A stretch of 64,000 bases of DNA from Octopus vulgaris (taxonomy: Eukaryota): contig OX597823.1 in NCBI GenBank assembly GCA_951406725.2, forward strand, positions 113,956,001-114,020,000. Reading direction: 5' to 3'. The notes beneath the pieces are model-generated. The model was not told the DNA's origin and searched no databases. It saw nothing but the letters and a program-made list of their open reading frames with translations. Positions 26,865 to 42,449 of the stretch are shown one piece after another. Made by a program: the position numbers and the translations under genes. Position 1 is the stretch's first letter; each line of letters starts with the position of its first letter.

Positions 26865-27915
26865 CTGAACAAATATTTTAAAAAATCCAAGCGCAAATAG
26901 ATTCGCCATGCTGTGCTCTTTCTTCAGGGGGGAAAAATTACTGCAAAATGAAGACTAAAGCGATCATTCTTTTCTGTCAGCAAGATACGATGGGGGGAAA
27001 TTCTTATGTCATGCAGGGCTGGCTTTATTGCATGTTTCGACGCTACATGCGATAAGAACTCTATGGACATAATTCCAAATCTGTAAGAATATCATGATGA
27101 TGGTGACGATGAAGTGGATTATGATGATGATGATGAGGAGGAGGAGGAAGGGGAGGAGGAGGAGGCTTGTGGCAGCAATAATGACAATGATGATGATTGT
27201 GATAATTAAGATCGAGGCAGGAGAAAATTCGGAGATAGAAAATTTGGCGATAGAAAGCAGAAAGCAAATAATTGTGGTGTAGTAACTATAACAATGCAAA
27301 TTAAAATTACAGTGAAAATATTTTTTTTTTAAAAATTGGAGGAAGGAAATCTCAAACATTTCTATTCGGGGAGATAGTGGATATCCAGAATCATGGGAAA
27401 ATATTCGGAATCGTGACGCTATTCTAATGTCAAGAATACAATTTATTTTTGGCAAAAAGGGATTTTACTCTAATCAAATTTTGTTATTCACTTCATATAA
27501 AAAATATGCTACGAATGTTGTGACCTCGAGGCACAAGAATTTGTTATTCTATCCAAATGTTGTGCGTAAATCTTAATTTCTGCTTTAAGGAAGATAATTC
27601 ATTTGAATAAAGTATTAGATAATCTTTGTAAACAAACACACACAGTTACATACATGTACGCATGCGCGCACACATAAATACACACTCACACACACACACT
27701 CGCACTCACATATACAGTCATATATATATTATCGGTTTGGTATTATAAATTCCAAGGATCTAAGTGCAGGGAAATTGTAAACTTCGAACAGTCTGTGGTA
27801 GAGTACACAAAATATATATCAGGAACAATCATGATTTACTGCCTTCGAAGATTGTAGGGTTTTTCCCATATCGAAGCTTCTTAAACTGAAAAACTTTTTT
27901 CAATCCACTCCCTCA

Positions 27916-28650
<735 letters not shown>

Positions 28651-28840
28651 GATTTAAGATGCTGAGTACTCTTCAGCTAATTTATATAGGTTTTCCAATA
28701 ATATAAAAGCTTTCAAATCAAGTAATAACATTTTAGGGAAGGTAAATATACAGATAAAGATGAAGATATACATTTTTGGAACATATGAGGTTGTATATTC
28801 CGTTGGATAATCCGAGTATATTATCTTAACCATATATATA

Positions 28841-29247
28841 GGCGCAGGTGTGGCTGCTCGATAAGAAGGGTGCTTCCCGACCAAATGACTCCTGGTTCAG
28901 TCCCACTGCACGGTATCTTGCAATAGCATCGTACTGAGCAAAGTCTTGTGAGTGAATTTGGCAGAGAGATACTGAAGGGAGTCCGTTCTAAATATGTATA
29001 TATGTGTGTATGTGCGTATGTGTGTGTCTGTGTTTGTATCCCTACAATGCTTGACAACCGGTGTTAGTGTGCTTACATCCCTTAACCTAGCGGTTCCGCA
29101 AAATAGCAACATAGACCTATAGAATATATGCCAGGCCTAAAAGACAAACAATAAGTACCTCAGGACGATTTATTCGATTTAAAATTCGTCAAGGCCGTAC
29201 ACCAGGATGACCGCAATCTAATGGATGAAACAAGTCAAAGGTAAAAG

Positions 29248-29248
<1 letters not shown>
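28841..29248 (+). mobile_element. SINE family A (diverged)
   Basis: GGCGCAGGTGTGGCTG head and 3' domain. Confidence 0.82.
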
Positions 29249-29304
<56 letters not shown>

Positions 29305-29337
29305 CATACATATATAAATAAATATATATATATATAC

Positions 29338-29376
<39 letters not shown>

Positions 29377-29401
29377 TAAATATATATATATACATATATA
29401 A

Positions 29402-29503
<102 letters not shown>

Positions 29504-29608
29504 TGGTAAATATTAACCCGCAGTACGGCTGCTGAAGTTTCCTTTAGAGAGATTTAGAAATAATAATATTTCTATTTTTGAAAATCAGTGCCTGTGTTCC
29601 AATGAATA

Positions 29609-30009
29609 TCTTTATATATAAAATTGAAGTCGTGTGTGCTGTCTGTCTCCTACGATTTAGATTCCTGACTACTCCCACATTTTGCGGTGCAGTGTAACCA
29701 AAAGCGGGTATCTTATAGTCGTGATTTATATCGAGCCCTTCAGAATATTAGCGCGCGTCTACGATGAGTCTACGATTTTTAAAACATTACCATCATTTTT
29801 CCCATTTTTAATCCCTTTTTCGCTATTATTTAAGGGAAGTAACTCTCTAAAAATGTATTATTAAATCTCAGAACGTAAAAAGCTACAGTAACACTCCCCC
29901 CCCCCTTGTGGTTAGCCATATTGAGATGGCTCTTATACTCTACATCTCTAAAAATGCTTATATAGTTATTTCCCTTACAAACCCGAGCAACGCCGGGCGA
30001 TACTGCTAG
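29609..30009 (+). mobile_element. Non-autonomous Helitron
   Basis: A|TC start, subterminal hairpin CCCGAGCAACGCCGGG (29982-29997), CTAG|T end, no TSD. Confidence 0.85.
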
Positions 30010-30302
30010 TATATAAATAAACCTTCTAACAGACAGTCAACAGCGACGCCTGCTGAGTTCAGATACTCCACATTCATAAGGAGCAAAAGCCCCGAAACTA
30101 ATCTGTGGTTGATGAACCAGCAAGGGGAAGCGGATGATCTCCTCTGTTCGAAGGTTGTAATGCACGCAGATTTATGTGTCACATGGGTGATGGCCTCTCG
30201 GAGCTAATCAACGGCAGCATTCGTCCTATTTCTCTGGACTGCCATGTTAGCTTGGTGATATATATTAATATCCAGTAGTAGCAACCTTTAGAGTGATTTA
30301 GA

Positions 30303-30369
<67 letters not shown>

Positions 30370-30370
30370 T

Positions 30371-30439
<69 letters not shown>

Positions 30440-30555
30440 GTAATAATAATATTAATAATAATAATAATAATAACAGTAATAATGATAATTATGATAATAA
30501 TAACAATAATAATAATAATAATAATAATATTGATGATAATAATAATAATTATAAT

Positions 30556-30613
<58 letters not shown>

Positions 30614-30717
30614 TTAATAATAATAATAATAATAACAGTAATAATGATAATTATGATAATAATAACAATAATAATAATAATAATAATAATATTGATCATA
30701 ATAATAATAATTATAAT

Positions 30718-30750
<33 letters not shown>
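30303..30750. repeat. (TAA)n microsatellite with a 162-bp higher-order duplication
   Basis: The interruption pattern AACAGTAATAATGATAATTATGAT..AACAAT..ATTGAT recurs, with the marker C at 30474 and 30636. Confidence 0.85.
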
Positions 30751-30751
<1 letters not shown>

Positions 30752-30781
30752 TATTTATATATATATACACACACACACACG

Positions 30782-30824
<43 letters not shown>

Positions 30825-31228
30825 ATGTATATGTATGTATATGTATATGCATACATACCCCTGTCTGTCTGACTATTTAGATTATATAAATATACTAAGC
30901 CAACGAAGCTCATATTCAACATGTTTTCCGTCAAGTTTCTGGTTTTAGTGATGGAGTGCCTGTCTCTATTATTCTTAGATTTATTTATGCGAATAGTTTT
31001 TAAAGAGAGGTAACGCATATTGTTTACATTACATTAACAGTGTTGTCTATATTAGTGGTTAATGTACTCCGAAGTGATAAAAAAAAAAAGCGTTTGCGAA
31101 ATTGTTAATCTGCTGGTGGCAATACAAAGTTGTTGAGGAAAGAATGTTGTAGAATTGAGAGATAAAATAAGAGAGGGAAACAATTTGATGTTGTGTATTA
31201 TTTATCTGAGAATCTTAAGATTTCATAC

Positions 31229-31318
31229 CAAGAGTTGGCAAAGGTGCTCATCGTAACTGACATGGCAGCTTCTCTTTAACATGTCCAACTGTTTGACTCC
31301 TGCATATGATTTGCACTG
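31229..31318 (-). other. Candidate exon (90 nt; NAGNAG acceptor)
   Basis: Acceptor TTATTGTTTTTCTTTTGCAG|CAG, donor TTG|GTATGA; one open frame, QCKSYAGVKQLDMLKRSCHVSYDEHLCQLL, not recognised. Confidence 0.5.
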
Positions 31319-31431
31319 CTGCAAAAGAAAAACAATAAATACAGCAAACTATGAGTTTTAATTTTATTTCCACAAGGACATTAAGAGCAGAACTGATATT
31401 TTAAGCCTGTGCATATTGTATTTCTGCTCAC

Positions 31432-31565
31432 CTTGGGGAGGCGTGCGTGCGCAAAGCTCTCAGACTCTAGGCGTTAGAAGCAAAATGTGTTTATCGCTTT
31501 CTACTTCAAACTCAGTCTATCATTACAGATGGCTTGCATTGTTAATCTCCACTTAAGCTAGTAGA
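31432..31565 (-). other. Candidate non-coding exon (134 nt)
   Basis: CTAACAAGTTTTCCAG| acceptor and AAG|GTGAGC donor; 113-nt intron to the next candidate exon; stop codons in the joining frame. Confidence 0.45.
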
Positions 31566-31873
31566 CTGGAAAACTTGTTAGACGATCGGAATAAATTATT
31601 TGCGCTCTCTCTCTCTATTTAAGATATCTACGTTTCGGTCAAGTTTACTTTTCATGATCTCGGGGATGATAGAATATAGCATCAATCAAGTACTAGAGTC
31701 GATGGTATTGATTAACCACAATCCCCATGATTTGAACCTTCAACCTGTGCTCCGAACAATTACTGATTGTATCCAAAACATCTCACAGAAAATAATGATA
31801 GGCGTCACTAATTATGTTGCATTTGTGTGCATGATAGTGGTATTACGTTATCTATTTGCCTATGCTTTTACTA

Positions 31874-32642
31874 TTTTACTTATTTCAGTCATTTGACTGT
31901 GGCCATGCTTGAGCAACGCCTTTAGTCGAGCAAATTGACCCCAGGACTTATTCTTTGTAAGCCTAGTACTTATTCTTTGGGTCTCTTTTACCGAACCGCT
32001 AGGTTACGACGACGTAAACACACCTGTATCGGTTGTCAAACACAGACACAAAAACACACATTTATATATATATACGAGCAGTATCGCCCGGCGTTGCTCG
32101 GGTTTGTAAGGGAAATAAATATATAAGTATTTTTAGAGATGTAAAGTAAAATAGCTATCTCAATATGGCTAACTACAAAGGGGGGGGTTACTGTAGCTTT
32201 TTTACGTTCTGAGATTTAATAATAAATTTTTAGATAGTTACTTCCCTTATATATGCCAAAAATGCATTAAAAATGGGAAAAATTGATGGTAATTTTTTCT
32301 TTTAATCGTAGACTCATCGTAGTCGCGCGCTAATACCTAGAAGGGCTCGATATGAATCCCGACTATAAGATACCCGGTTTTGGTTAAACTGCACCGCAAA
32401 ATGTGGGAGTAGTTAGGAATCTAAATTGTAGGAGACAGACAGCACACAACCTCACTTTTATATATAAAGATATACATATATACGACAGGCTTCTTTGAGT
32501 TTCCGTCTACCAAATCCACTCACAAGGCTTTGGTTGGCCCGAGGCTATAGTAGAAGACACCTTCCCAAGTTGCCACGCAGTGGGACTGAACCCAGAACCA
32601 TGTGGTTAGTAAGCAAGCTACTTACCACACAGTCACTCCTGC
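31874..32642 (-). mobile_element. SINE family A interrupted by a Helitron
   Basis: 3' domain at 31874-32070 and head at 32480-32642, split within the internal (TA)n. Confidence 0.85.
32075..32470 (-). mobile_element. Non-autonomous Helitron, same family as 29609-30009
   Basis: Reverse copy: A|TCTTTATATATAAAA...CCCGAGCAACGCCGGGCGATACTGCTCG|T. Confidence 0.85.
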
Positions 32643-32697
32643 ACCACTACATGCAACTTCAACTGGAATTCAGTTATCTATAATTATTAAATGTAAG

Positions 32698-33405
32698 ACG
32701 GCGTGCAGGCGTAATCTTTGGCACGCCGGGCGAAATATTTATCTGCATTTTGTCTGTCTTTACGTCTTGCGTTCAAATATCACCGAGCTCGAATTTTGCC
32801 TTTCATTCTATCAGATCTAACGAATAACTACCAGGTGAAGAATGGAGACGATGTCACCGAGTTATCACCGTGCGTGAAATTGCTGGGCTTGTACCAAAAT
32901 TTGAGACCAATAATTACAAAATCTGGTCACACCCAATTTTTCACCTCGACTACATTGTAAACTGTTTCAGATAGTGTCAGTTAATCAAGAAAGGTGAGTT
33001 AGAATTAAATGAGTCTGTTGGTCATCATGGTAATTTATGATAAGTGAATGTTTTAGTGTGTATGGTTAAAATAGTACAGACGAAATAGATACCGAAATAA
33101 CACACACCATGCAACAGAAGTTAATGAATATAAACAAACTCAAAATTTATTTTATATATGTGGTCAGTATCTGAATATATTTTGTATACTGAAAATATTA
33201 AACCAGGATGTAATGCATTGAGCTGGTCGAATCGTTACCGCACCTAGCAAAAATGATTGGTATTTCGTGCGATTTTACGTTCTGAGTTCAAATTCCGCCG
33301 AGGTCGATAAAATGGGTATCAGTTGAGTACTGGGGTCGATATAATCGGTTTCCTCTCCCCGCCCCCGCCGAAATTGCTGGCCTTGTACTAATATTTGAAA
33401 CCAAT
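32698..33405 (+). mobile_element. Two degraded family-B-related SINEs (~32698-32912 and ~33220-33405)
   Basis: GCACGCCGGGCGAAAT and TTCTGAGTTCAAATTCCGCCGAGGTCGA motifs. Confidence 0.65.
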
Positions 33406-33459
33406 GTTAAATCAGAATGTAATACATATTAGTATATACATATATAAATATATATTTAT

Positions 33460-33644
33460 AGGGAGAGTTTACGAAAAAAACAAAAGACGAAGACAGGTGA
33501 TGTACAAAACAGATGTATTAGTATAACGCTCAGGAATAGAAGAAGTCTTTTACGTTTTGAGCCTACGCTCTTCTACAGAAAGGGACACAGAAAAAACAAG
33601 GAGAGAAAAAAATGTGCGTAGTGGCTAACGATCTATCATGACGA

Positions 33645-33648
<4 letters not shown>
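33460..33648 (-). mobile_element. Short Penelope-derived hammerhead element (core GAAA mutated to AAAA)
   Basis: Reverse copy of the 46853/48737 elements; motif at 33545-33582; flanked by (TA)n. Confidence 0.75.
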
Positions 33649-33737
<89 letters not shown>

Positions 33738-34717
33738 GTACTCGTGGTACGGTATTTGTTTTGCATTTCATTCTCTCTTTATGGAGAGTGTATGATATTT
33801 CCGTCAACGATGAGCTGTGCATTTCACCTCAAATATCTTACAAAACATCTTACATCTCGAAAATAGAAAGAAAACGAAAAACTATATATTGGCTAAACTG
33901 GCAACATGACCATTCCTAGAAAAACAATTCATTTTATTTACCTTAATAACGATTGATAAAAAGTATTGAGCTTCACTTGTCGATTGTTGTAACAATGAAT
34001 CATGCAATGGATTAACCTAGAACTAAAAATGGGGAAGATTTTGTGATTTATTTTTCGAAATGTATTGGATAGGGTTAGAACTGTAAACGATAGGGAAACA
34101 ATTTGAATAAAAATGTTAAATATAACAGAAAAAATGCGACTATGTATCATTAATGTCTTTTTCAAACATATTCTGAAAATGACATTAGGTATATTTGATA
34201 ATTGAACTTTGACCTTTAATCACATACTCCATACCTGTGAGCTCACGGGATCTCAAGATAGCCATTTCAGAGTTCAATATATTTTGTGTTATATTTTTGA
34301 GAGTCACTTGTCAGCAAAAATTATTATTTGTGGATATTGGCGCTTTGATAGATATGGACAGTCTTCAAGTATTTTTAGAATGGCTAATAACCAAAGAGAG
34401 CGTTTGAAATTTAAATTATATATATATGAGTATCCACATATATTTCAAAAGCTAATATAAACGCGCATTAATAGTTTTCATCAGCTTTATAAAAAAATTT
34501 AATGGTATCTCTCAAGAGATACTGGGTTACAGTTAGCTGCATAAGCCTAGTAAAGTTTAGTGTGCTAGAAATAAATAGTTAGTACAATAAACCAGTGAAC
34601 AAAGTATAAACATCATAGAATTGAAACATTACTGCTACTTTGTTCCCTGACTCATTCAGCCAGTTTCTTCACAGCGAAAGGAGTTTAAATCTCGGCAACT
34701 ATATAATGTCATCAAAA

Positions 34718-34943
34718 GGGCGGCAAGTGGCAGAGACGGTAGCACGCCGCGAAATGCTTAGCGGTATTTCGTCTGTCGTTACGTTCTGAGTTCAAATTCC
34801 GCCGAGGTCGACTTTACCTTTCATCCTTTCGGGGTCGATAAATAAAGTACCAGTTTCGCACTGGGGTCGATATAATCGACTTAATCCCTTTGTATGTCCT
34901 TGTTCGCCCTCTCTGTGTTTAGCCCCTTGTGGGTAGTAAAGAA
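34718..34943 (+). mobile_element. SINE family B with 17-bp TSD
   Basis: ATATAATGTCATCAAAA at 34701-34717 and 34944-34960. Confidence 0.92.
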
Positions 34944-35975
34944 ATATAATGTCATCAAAATGTAAAGGTGAGCTAATTCTCATTTGCAATGGTTCAGATG
35001 AACATCATTATTTCGGGACGCAATACACTTTTGAATGTCTATGTAGAACTTTCTGCTGTAATAGCGATGTGCAATAATATTACTGATAAAATGCCTTAAG
35101 CTATTCGTTATAAATTAAACTTAGAATGTATGTTAGCGAAACACCATATAACCGGCGTCACGCAGAATAGAAAAACCATGTTTTTCAACAAATTTGATTA
35201 CATTTAAATAATAATCTAACCAAATTACTTTAACACAATCTAGATGCAGACATTTTCATGAAGTTCACATCAAGATGACGTTTTTCCAGGTTGCATTTTG
35301 CTCTGGGTAAAAGCTCTGCTCAGCGTTAATTCAGATCTTATATCTTTAATATTCAAACAAGTTCGATTATTGAAAGCCTTCTGCCAACGCTCTACGTTTT
35401 CGCCTTTAGAAATAAATAAAGAATACGTGAAGTAGATACAATTTCCTACCTGAGTCGGAAATGCTGATTGACACATCCGGAAATTTCTCCCCAGTCAATG
35501 AAATAAGTATTCCTATATAATCCACATCTATTGAATACAGTTTCTTAATTAAGCAGGCTTTCAGCAAATCGTTTGACGACTGCACTAATAACAATGTTGA
35601 TGAAGGTGTTGGCCTTGTAACACTTACATCATAAATCATATCTTCAAAATATAAACCTGTTACATTTTGCCTCTCGTCGACAGCTTGCCTTCAATGCACG
35701 ATCCATGTTATGAACATTAATAAATAGCAATATATTCCATAAAGTTACAACTAGTTCTAAACGGTTATACAATAGCAAGTGTTCGAAACTACCCTTATTT
35801 GTCTTATTTCTGTTTTCGAATTATGATACTCAGTAATCTCTCTCTCCCGTGTGAATGCATTTTGGAAGTGATTCTAAGGAGCAAATGTTGTTCAAACCTT
35901 GATTATCACCAGAATCGTCAATTGTTTCTTCTAAGATCAGGATGTCAACTTCGGGGAAACGGTATATGAAATCAT

Positions 35976-36207
35976 AAGGCGGCGAGCTGGCAGAATCGTT
36001 AGCACCCCGGCGAAACGCTTAGCGGTATTTCGTCTGCCGTTACGTTCTGAGTTCAAATTCAGCCGAGGTCGACTTTGCCTTTCATCCTTTCAGGGTCGAT
36101 AAATTAAGTACCAGCTTCGCACTGGAGTCGATATAATCGACTTAATACCTATGTCTATCCTTGTTTGTCCCCTCTATGTTTAGCCCCTTGTGGGTAATAA
36201 AGAAATA
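35976..36207 (+). mobile_element. SINE family B with 15-bp TSD
   Basis: GGTATATGAAATCAT at 35961-35975 and 36208-36222. Confidence 0.92.
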
Positions 36208-36496
36208 GGTATATGAAATCATGATGAAATATCCAATGTGTAATACATGTCATAAAAGCATACGACGCATATTCTTCATAGCGTGTATGAGCTACTCTTT
36301 CATACTTCTACATTAAGTCAACTGACGTGGTCATGCAAAGAAATACTCTCACAGGGTTTAGCCGATCGAATCGAACCCAGCATTTATTCTTTCAGTTTTT
36401 TTGTTTGGTTTCAAGACGCTAAGTTACAGTGACAGACACCACAAACATATATATGCACACATTAAAGCACAAACATATACATGCGCAAATATTCAT

Positions 36497-36544
<48 letters not shown>

Positions 36545-36707
36545 TGTAAATGAATTGCACCTAGAAAATTCCCCTCCGAGGCACAAGTCAGAGCAAGACT
36601 GTTCATGCAAGACCATCAGTGGCCCATACACACTAGCCCCACTCTCCATACCACTGATGATATCCAAAGGAAAGGCAAAGGCCGACATACCATGGCATCA
36701 GTGAAGT

Positions 36708-37017
36708 AATTGGAGGCACATGGCCTAGTGGTTAGAGCAGCGGACTCGCGCTCGAGGGATCGCAGGTTCGAATCTCAGACCGGGCGATGTGTGTGTTTAT
36801 GAGCGAAACACCTAAGATCCACGCGGCTCAGGCAGAAGGTAATGGCGAACTTCTACTGACTCTTTCTCCCCAATTTCCCAATTTTCTCTCACACTTTCCT
36901 CAAGCATCTTGCAGCTCACTTGCGACGGACCGGCGTCCTGTCCACGTGGGGAACCTATACGCCAAGGAAACCGGGAAACAGGCCCTAATGAGCCAGGCGT
37001 GGCTCGAGAAGGAACAA
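36708..37017 (+). mobile_element. tRNA-derived SINE nested in an older antisense SINE (~36550-37100)
   Basis: TGGCCTAGTGGTTAGAGC A-box, GGTTCGAATC B-box; 11-bp TSD ATCAGTGAAGT (36697 and 37018). Confidence 0.85.
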
Positions 37018-37920
37018 ATCAGTGAAGTCTCAACTAAGTTCTACAGCTGAGTGAACTGAAGCAACGGGAAAAAAAGTATCTTACTCAATGCATATTCAAC
37101 GAACTTCGTAAACGAACTTCCAAACCATCCATCCATACAAAACATATGTGTATGACTCTCTTCTCCTCTCTTTCCCTTCCTCCTTCTTTCTGTCTCTCCT
37201 TTCTTTATTTCTTTCTTTCTTTCTCTTTCTCACTACAACCCCCTGTATGTATATATACATATATATGTATGTGTGTATATATGTATGCATGTATGGATAT
37301 ATGCATGTATGTGTACGTGCATACAATTATATACATATAAGCTCATTTCCCACGCATACAAATGTCAGTTTAATTTGCGAAATGGCATATATTTCTGAAC
37401 TCTCTCATTACAAGTTTACTTAAGTCTCTTTCCAATATTTCACACGATCGCTATGAAATATGCAATAATTGGTGCTTCTTGATAATGGTGTTATATCCTC
37501 ATATCCAGCATGTTGATAACATGCGAGACTTTGTTACGTCAATAGCATTACAAAATCCACTCATTGTTCACACAGACAAACATAAGGATAAGTATACACA
37601 TATGCATTAGCACACTTAAAGGGGTGACAGGTACATATATACATGTGTGCATGTGTGTGTGAGAGAGAGAGAGAGAGAGACAAAGAAAGAAAAAGAATAA
37701 TAATAATATATATATATATACATATATATACGCACACATACGACCACACACACGCCCATTACAGGTGGTAAGATATATAGGAAATTGCGTAGGTATATTC
37801 GAGAAAATTTGCATTTCTTTATTGGAGTTAAAAATGTAACGCATATCGTTGGTTTTATCAAAATTCTATTCTTTGGGTGTTTTATTAGAGAATTATCGAG
37901 AATTATCGAGCGGTGTCACG

Positions 37921-37966
37921 TTATATATCGGTTTGTTCAACGCGTGACGTGATTACAGCCACGTGG
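37921..37966 (-). promoter_or_regulatory. Candidate E-box/CRE/TATA cluster
   Basis: CACGTG (37960-37965), TGACGTGA (37945-37952) and TATATAA on the minus strand (37927-37921), locally CpG-rich. Confidence 0.3.
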
Positions 37967-38023
37967 TAGTAGGCCACAGTTACAAGTACACAGAATATCT
38001 TTTATCATTAACTTTTATCCGTT

Positions 38024-38852
<829 letters not shown>

Positions 38853-39421
38853 ATTAATCTCATTATAAGTAACATGATCCATATGCACTGCATCTGAGTG
38901 TAAGTTGGATGGGTTTTGGGTGTGATTTCTAGCTTGTCACTGACCATTAATTTAACGGTCGTAAACATATTGTGTCACAGATGGGAAGAGTAGCATAGGC
39001 TGATATTCTTGTAAAAGTCACCACCTGCTGGAATGTCTGCAATTTTACACAGAGGTACAGTTAGTAATTACAAATTGCTGATGGGCAAGGAGGCCGAAGC
39101 TAGGTTAATTAGGTTCCGTCTGATTTAGGGGACACAGTCTTTATATTCACAGTCACATGAAGGACATCAGAGCTTTTTAAAAATGTTTATACATTTGTTA
39201 AATGCCTGAGAGAAATCCCTGCTTCGACATAGAACAAACAGTGAATAAAGCATTCGCTGATGTGGCAGAATACATTTTTTTTTAGTTTTAAACATCGACA
39301 CGAATGCATCTTAAGCGGCATTAACTTTAAATAGGCATTTGAGACTCATACTAAATGTATACACAAAGTAGAAATGTTTCCCAATCCCTTTTTTACCTTG
39401 CAAGCTAAGTTAAAAACCCAC

Positions 39422-39492
<71 letters not shown>

Positions 39493-39616
39493 GTATGTAT
39501 GCATGTATGTATGTATGTATGTATATCTGTTTGTATGTATGTATGTATAAATGTATGCATGTATATATGTATGTATTTCTATATATGACTGTGTGCGTGC
39601 GGGTGTATACATATAA

Positions 39617-39990
39617 GGAAGCATGGCTTAGTGGTTAGGGCGATCGTGATCGGGATTTCAATTCCTAGACATGGTGGTGCGTTATGTTCTTGAGCAAAAC
39701 ACTTCATCTCACGTTACTCTGCGATCACTTCGACACTTGACGCGTGGTACACCATTTACCTTTTTGTACAACGTCTATTTGACGGGCAGGGTGAGCTAAT
39801 GTGCGGCTCGAACATTTGATTACTGTAAACAAATGATTTGCGCAGGTCGTTTCGTCAAAATTCGTTAGAATAAGAACTTGGCTTAAAGAAACATAAGTCC
39901 TGGGGTCGCTTTTTTCGACTAAATCACTTCAAGGTGTTGCCTCAGCATAGTTGTAGCCAAATGGCTTAAACAAGTAAAAGATAAAAGAAA
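39617..39990 (+). mobile_element. Degraded tRNA-headed SINE followed by a family A 3' end
   Basis: ATGGCTTAGTGGTTAGGG..TTCTTGAGCAAAACACTT, then AAGTCCTGGGGTCG..AAACAAGTAAAAGA. Confidence 0.7.
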
Positions 39991-41979
39991 ATATACACCT
40001 CGAAGCTTCATCTTTAGTTGTGTCGAATAAGAATGATGTAAATGATATTCTTTGCTTAGATAAAATGTTGTGAGGCACTGGTCTTCTAGTAATCAGTGGA
40101 ACATTCACACAAAACAATATTCAAAAGTATGTTAGAGGACATTGGTGAATGCGTTTTAGTAATCGATGGTCATTAAATAAATTCTAAGATTTTAAAGTGC
40201 ATTTTCCAGTGATAACAAACAAGAACTAAATCTTGCTCCATCCATCTACTAATGTAGGGAGCGCTACTATTTGGGTAAAAGATTTTAAGACGCCAACTGA
40301 CTTCAATTGGGTTTAACCGAGATGCACGGGGAGCCTTCATTCAGTGTCCGATGATTGCCGACTGTTGCCACATTTTCTCAATAGTTATAGTTACGTATAG
40401 TCTACAATAACGTACTGCTATAGTAGAAATGTTTTTATCGTGATGTTTAAAAGATTAGATGTAGAAGTCACAAGATTCAACAAAGTCAACAAAATCTTCA
40501 TTAAATTCTTCAAGTTTCATTCTGAAGGGGATGATGATGGGAGTAATTTCCTTTCCTTAACAAACATAATTTATGAACACAGGTGAAAGTGGCGCAACAG
40601 GTACATACGAAGGGGTCACTTGTTCAGTTCTGTATAAAGTTTATAGTATTGCGGTGAAAGAACACGGAACTGAATATGGCCGAGGTTTGAAGAGGTGATT
40701 CGATATGCTACATACAGCGTTGCCTTTGTTTTCATATTATAAATTTCTAATTTGTTTTTCCTGGTGCATTACTTTCCCGCTCTCTCGAATTTCTCGTATA
40801 TGTATACAACTCATGTTTGTTTGTAACCATTTTGGAGTAAATGTTTTGTAAGTATGTGTAAGGAACCTCCGACCAAAACAGGAGTTTTGATTACTCTTGT
40901 TCTACTTGCTCATATAATAGTTCATTATTTTTTTTTTGTATTCGGCATTTTTTATTGTTTCTTTATTGTTATAGTGTTACTACTATTATCATTAACACCA
41001 TCCTCGCAGTAATCATCGACATCATTTTTGAATTCTGCTATCTTAAATGGAAAGAGGCATTAAATATATTAGTAAATCTCTTACCAACATAAATAATACA
41101 CAGAAGTTTTAATACTAAGATTCCTAAATGAAATCACATTTCTTCGTTCTTGTAGCAGTCTTTTACTACCACCATTACCATACCACCACTACCACTACCA
41201 CTACTCTGCCAACACCAACTCCACCACCACCGTCATCACCACCTCCACCACCACCACCACCACCACCACCACCACTATTATCACTATACTTTTCTAGATC
41301 TGGTCTGATTCTGTATCTTTCATTATTATATTATATTCATTTCCACCATTCCATTTGCTGAAACTATCAGCTATTACGGCCAACATGTAGTTATAGCCGA
41401 ATATTAAATTTAGATACGAAAAAGATTTCTGTATTCCTCAGAAATTAAATTTATCGCCTTCTGATTCAATTCAACTAATATCCAGTCGATAGGCGAATTA
41501 CTTGAAGTTCCTTATAAATAATTGCCATTATATTGCTTGCTTAATGGCATCAGACATTTCCTTGGAGTTTTCATTAGCATACACGCAATAAATGCGCTTC
41601 TTAATATTCTTAAAAATCATAAAGACGCTCTATTTCTGGAATGAAATAAAAATAAAGAATGAAATTTGATATAGAATGAGGAAATATGATGTAGCTATAT
41701 TGGGTCCTAATTTCTGTATCTGTATTCAGTGGAGGTACTGAATAATTAACAACGGTTTTCGTCATTTGCCTCACTGAATTCAGATATTGTCTGGGGTAGG
41801 GGAGTAATACCCCTGGGAATGATTACTGGAAAACTCAAAGTATGATTGGTTTTATCAGATTAATTTTCCCTAGATACATAGCACAGAAATACATTGCTAT
41901 TTTCAGTTTTATCCCTATGTCCTACAAGTTGAATCTCTGACATAATAGACATTGTGCTGCATTTTATGACAACTGTTCT

Positions 41980-42338
41980 ATTCTTGGGGGCGCCCCAAAC
42001 TGCGCTTCAAGGATATCAGCAAGAAGGACCTAATGCTATGCCAGATCAACACCCAAACATGGGAATCCGCCGCTGCCGACCGAGGCGCCTGGCGACACAG
42101 TGTCAAGCACGGTGCCATGACAGCAGAGAACCTGAGGACCACTACTGTCAAACTAAAGAGAACCAGGCGAAGGGAGCAGCAGCAGCAACCACAGCTCTCG
42201 TCCCCTTTCACTTGCACCAGATGTGGTAGGGACTGCCGCTCGACGATTGGTCTGCGCAGCCACACCAGGAAGTGCAGATACACCCACCACCCTTTCCGAG
42301 CTACACCATCGTCTCTCGAGACGGACGGATGCTGACGA
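41980..42338 (+). mobile_element. RTE-clade LINE extreme 3' fragment with C2H2 finger
   Basis: GRPKLRFKD..WESAAADRGAWR..FTCTRCGRDCRSTIGLRSHTRKC. Confidence 0.85.
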
Positions 42339-42449
42339 TTCTTTATCTGTTTATCTGTGTATCGTTCCGATGCCTTCATTTAGCCGAAAAGAGTATTCGA
42401 ATCTCTGTCGGGTGGTTATGGCAAAATGTGTATGGTTGAGGGGATAGAA

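Noticed and set aside
34000-35720. Possible DNA transposon remnant
   Set aside because: No transposase motif or TIR could be read with confidence.
36712-36785. tRNA gene
   Set aside because: The tRNA-like A/B boxes continue into a SINE body flanked by a TSD; the same holds at 47812.
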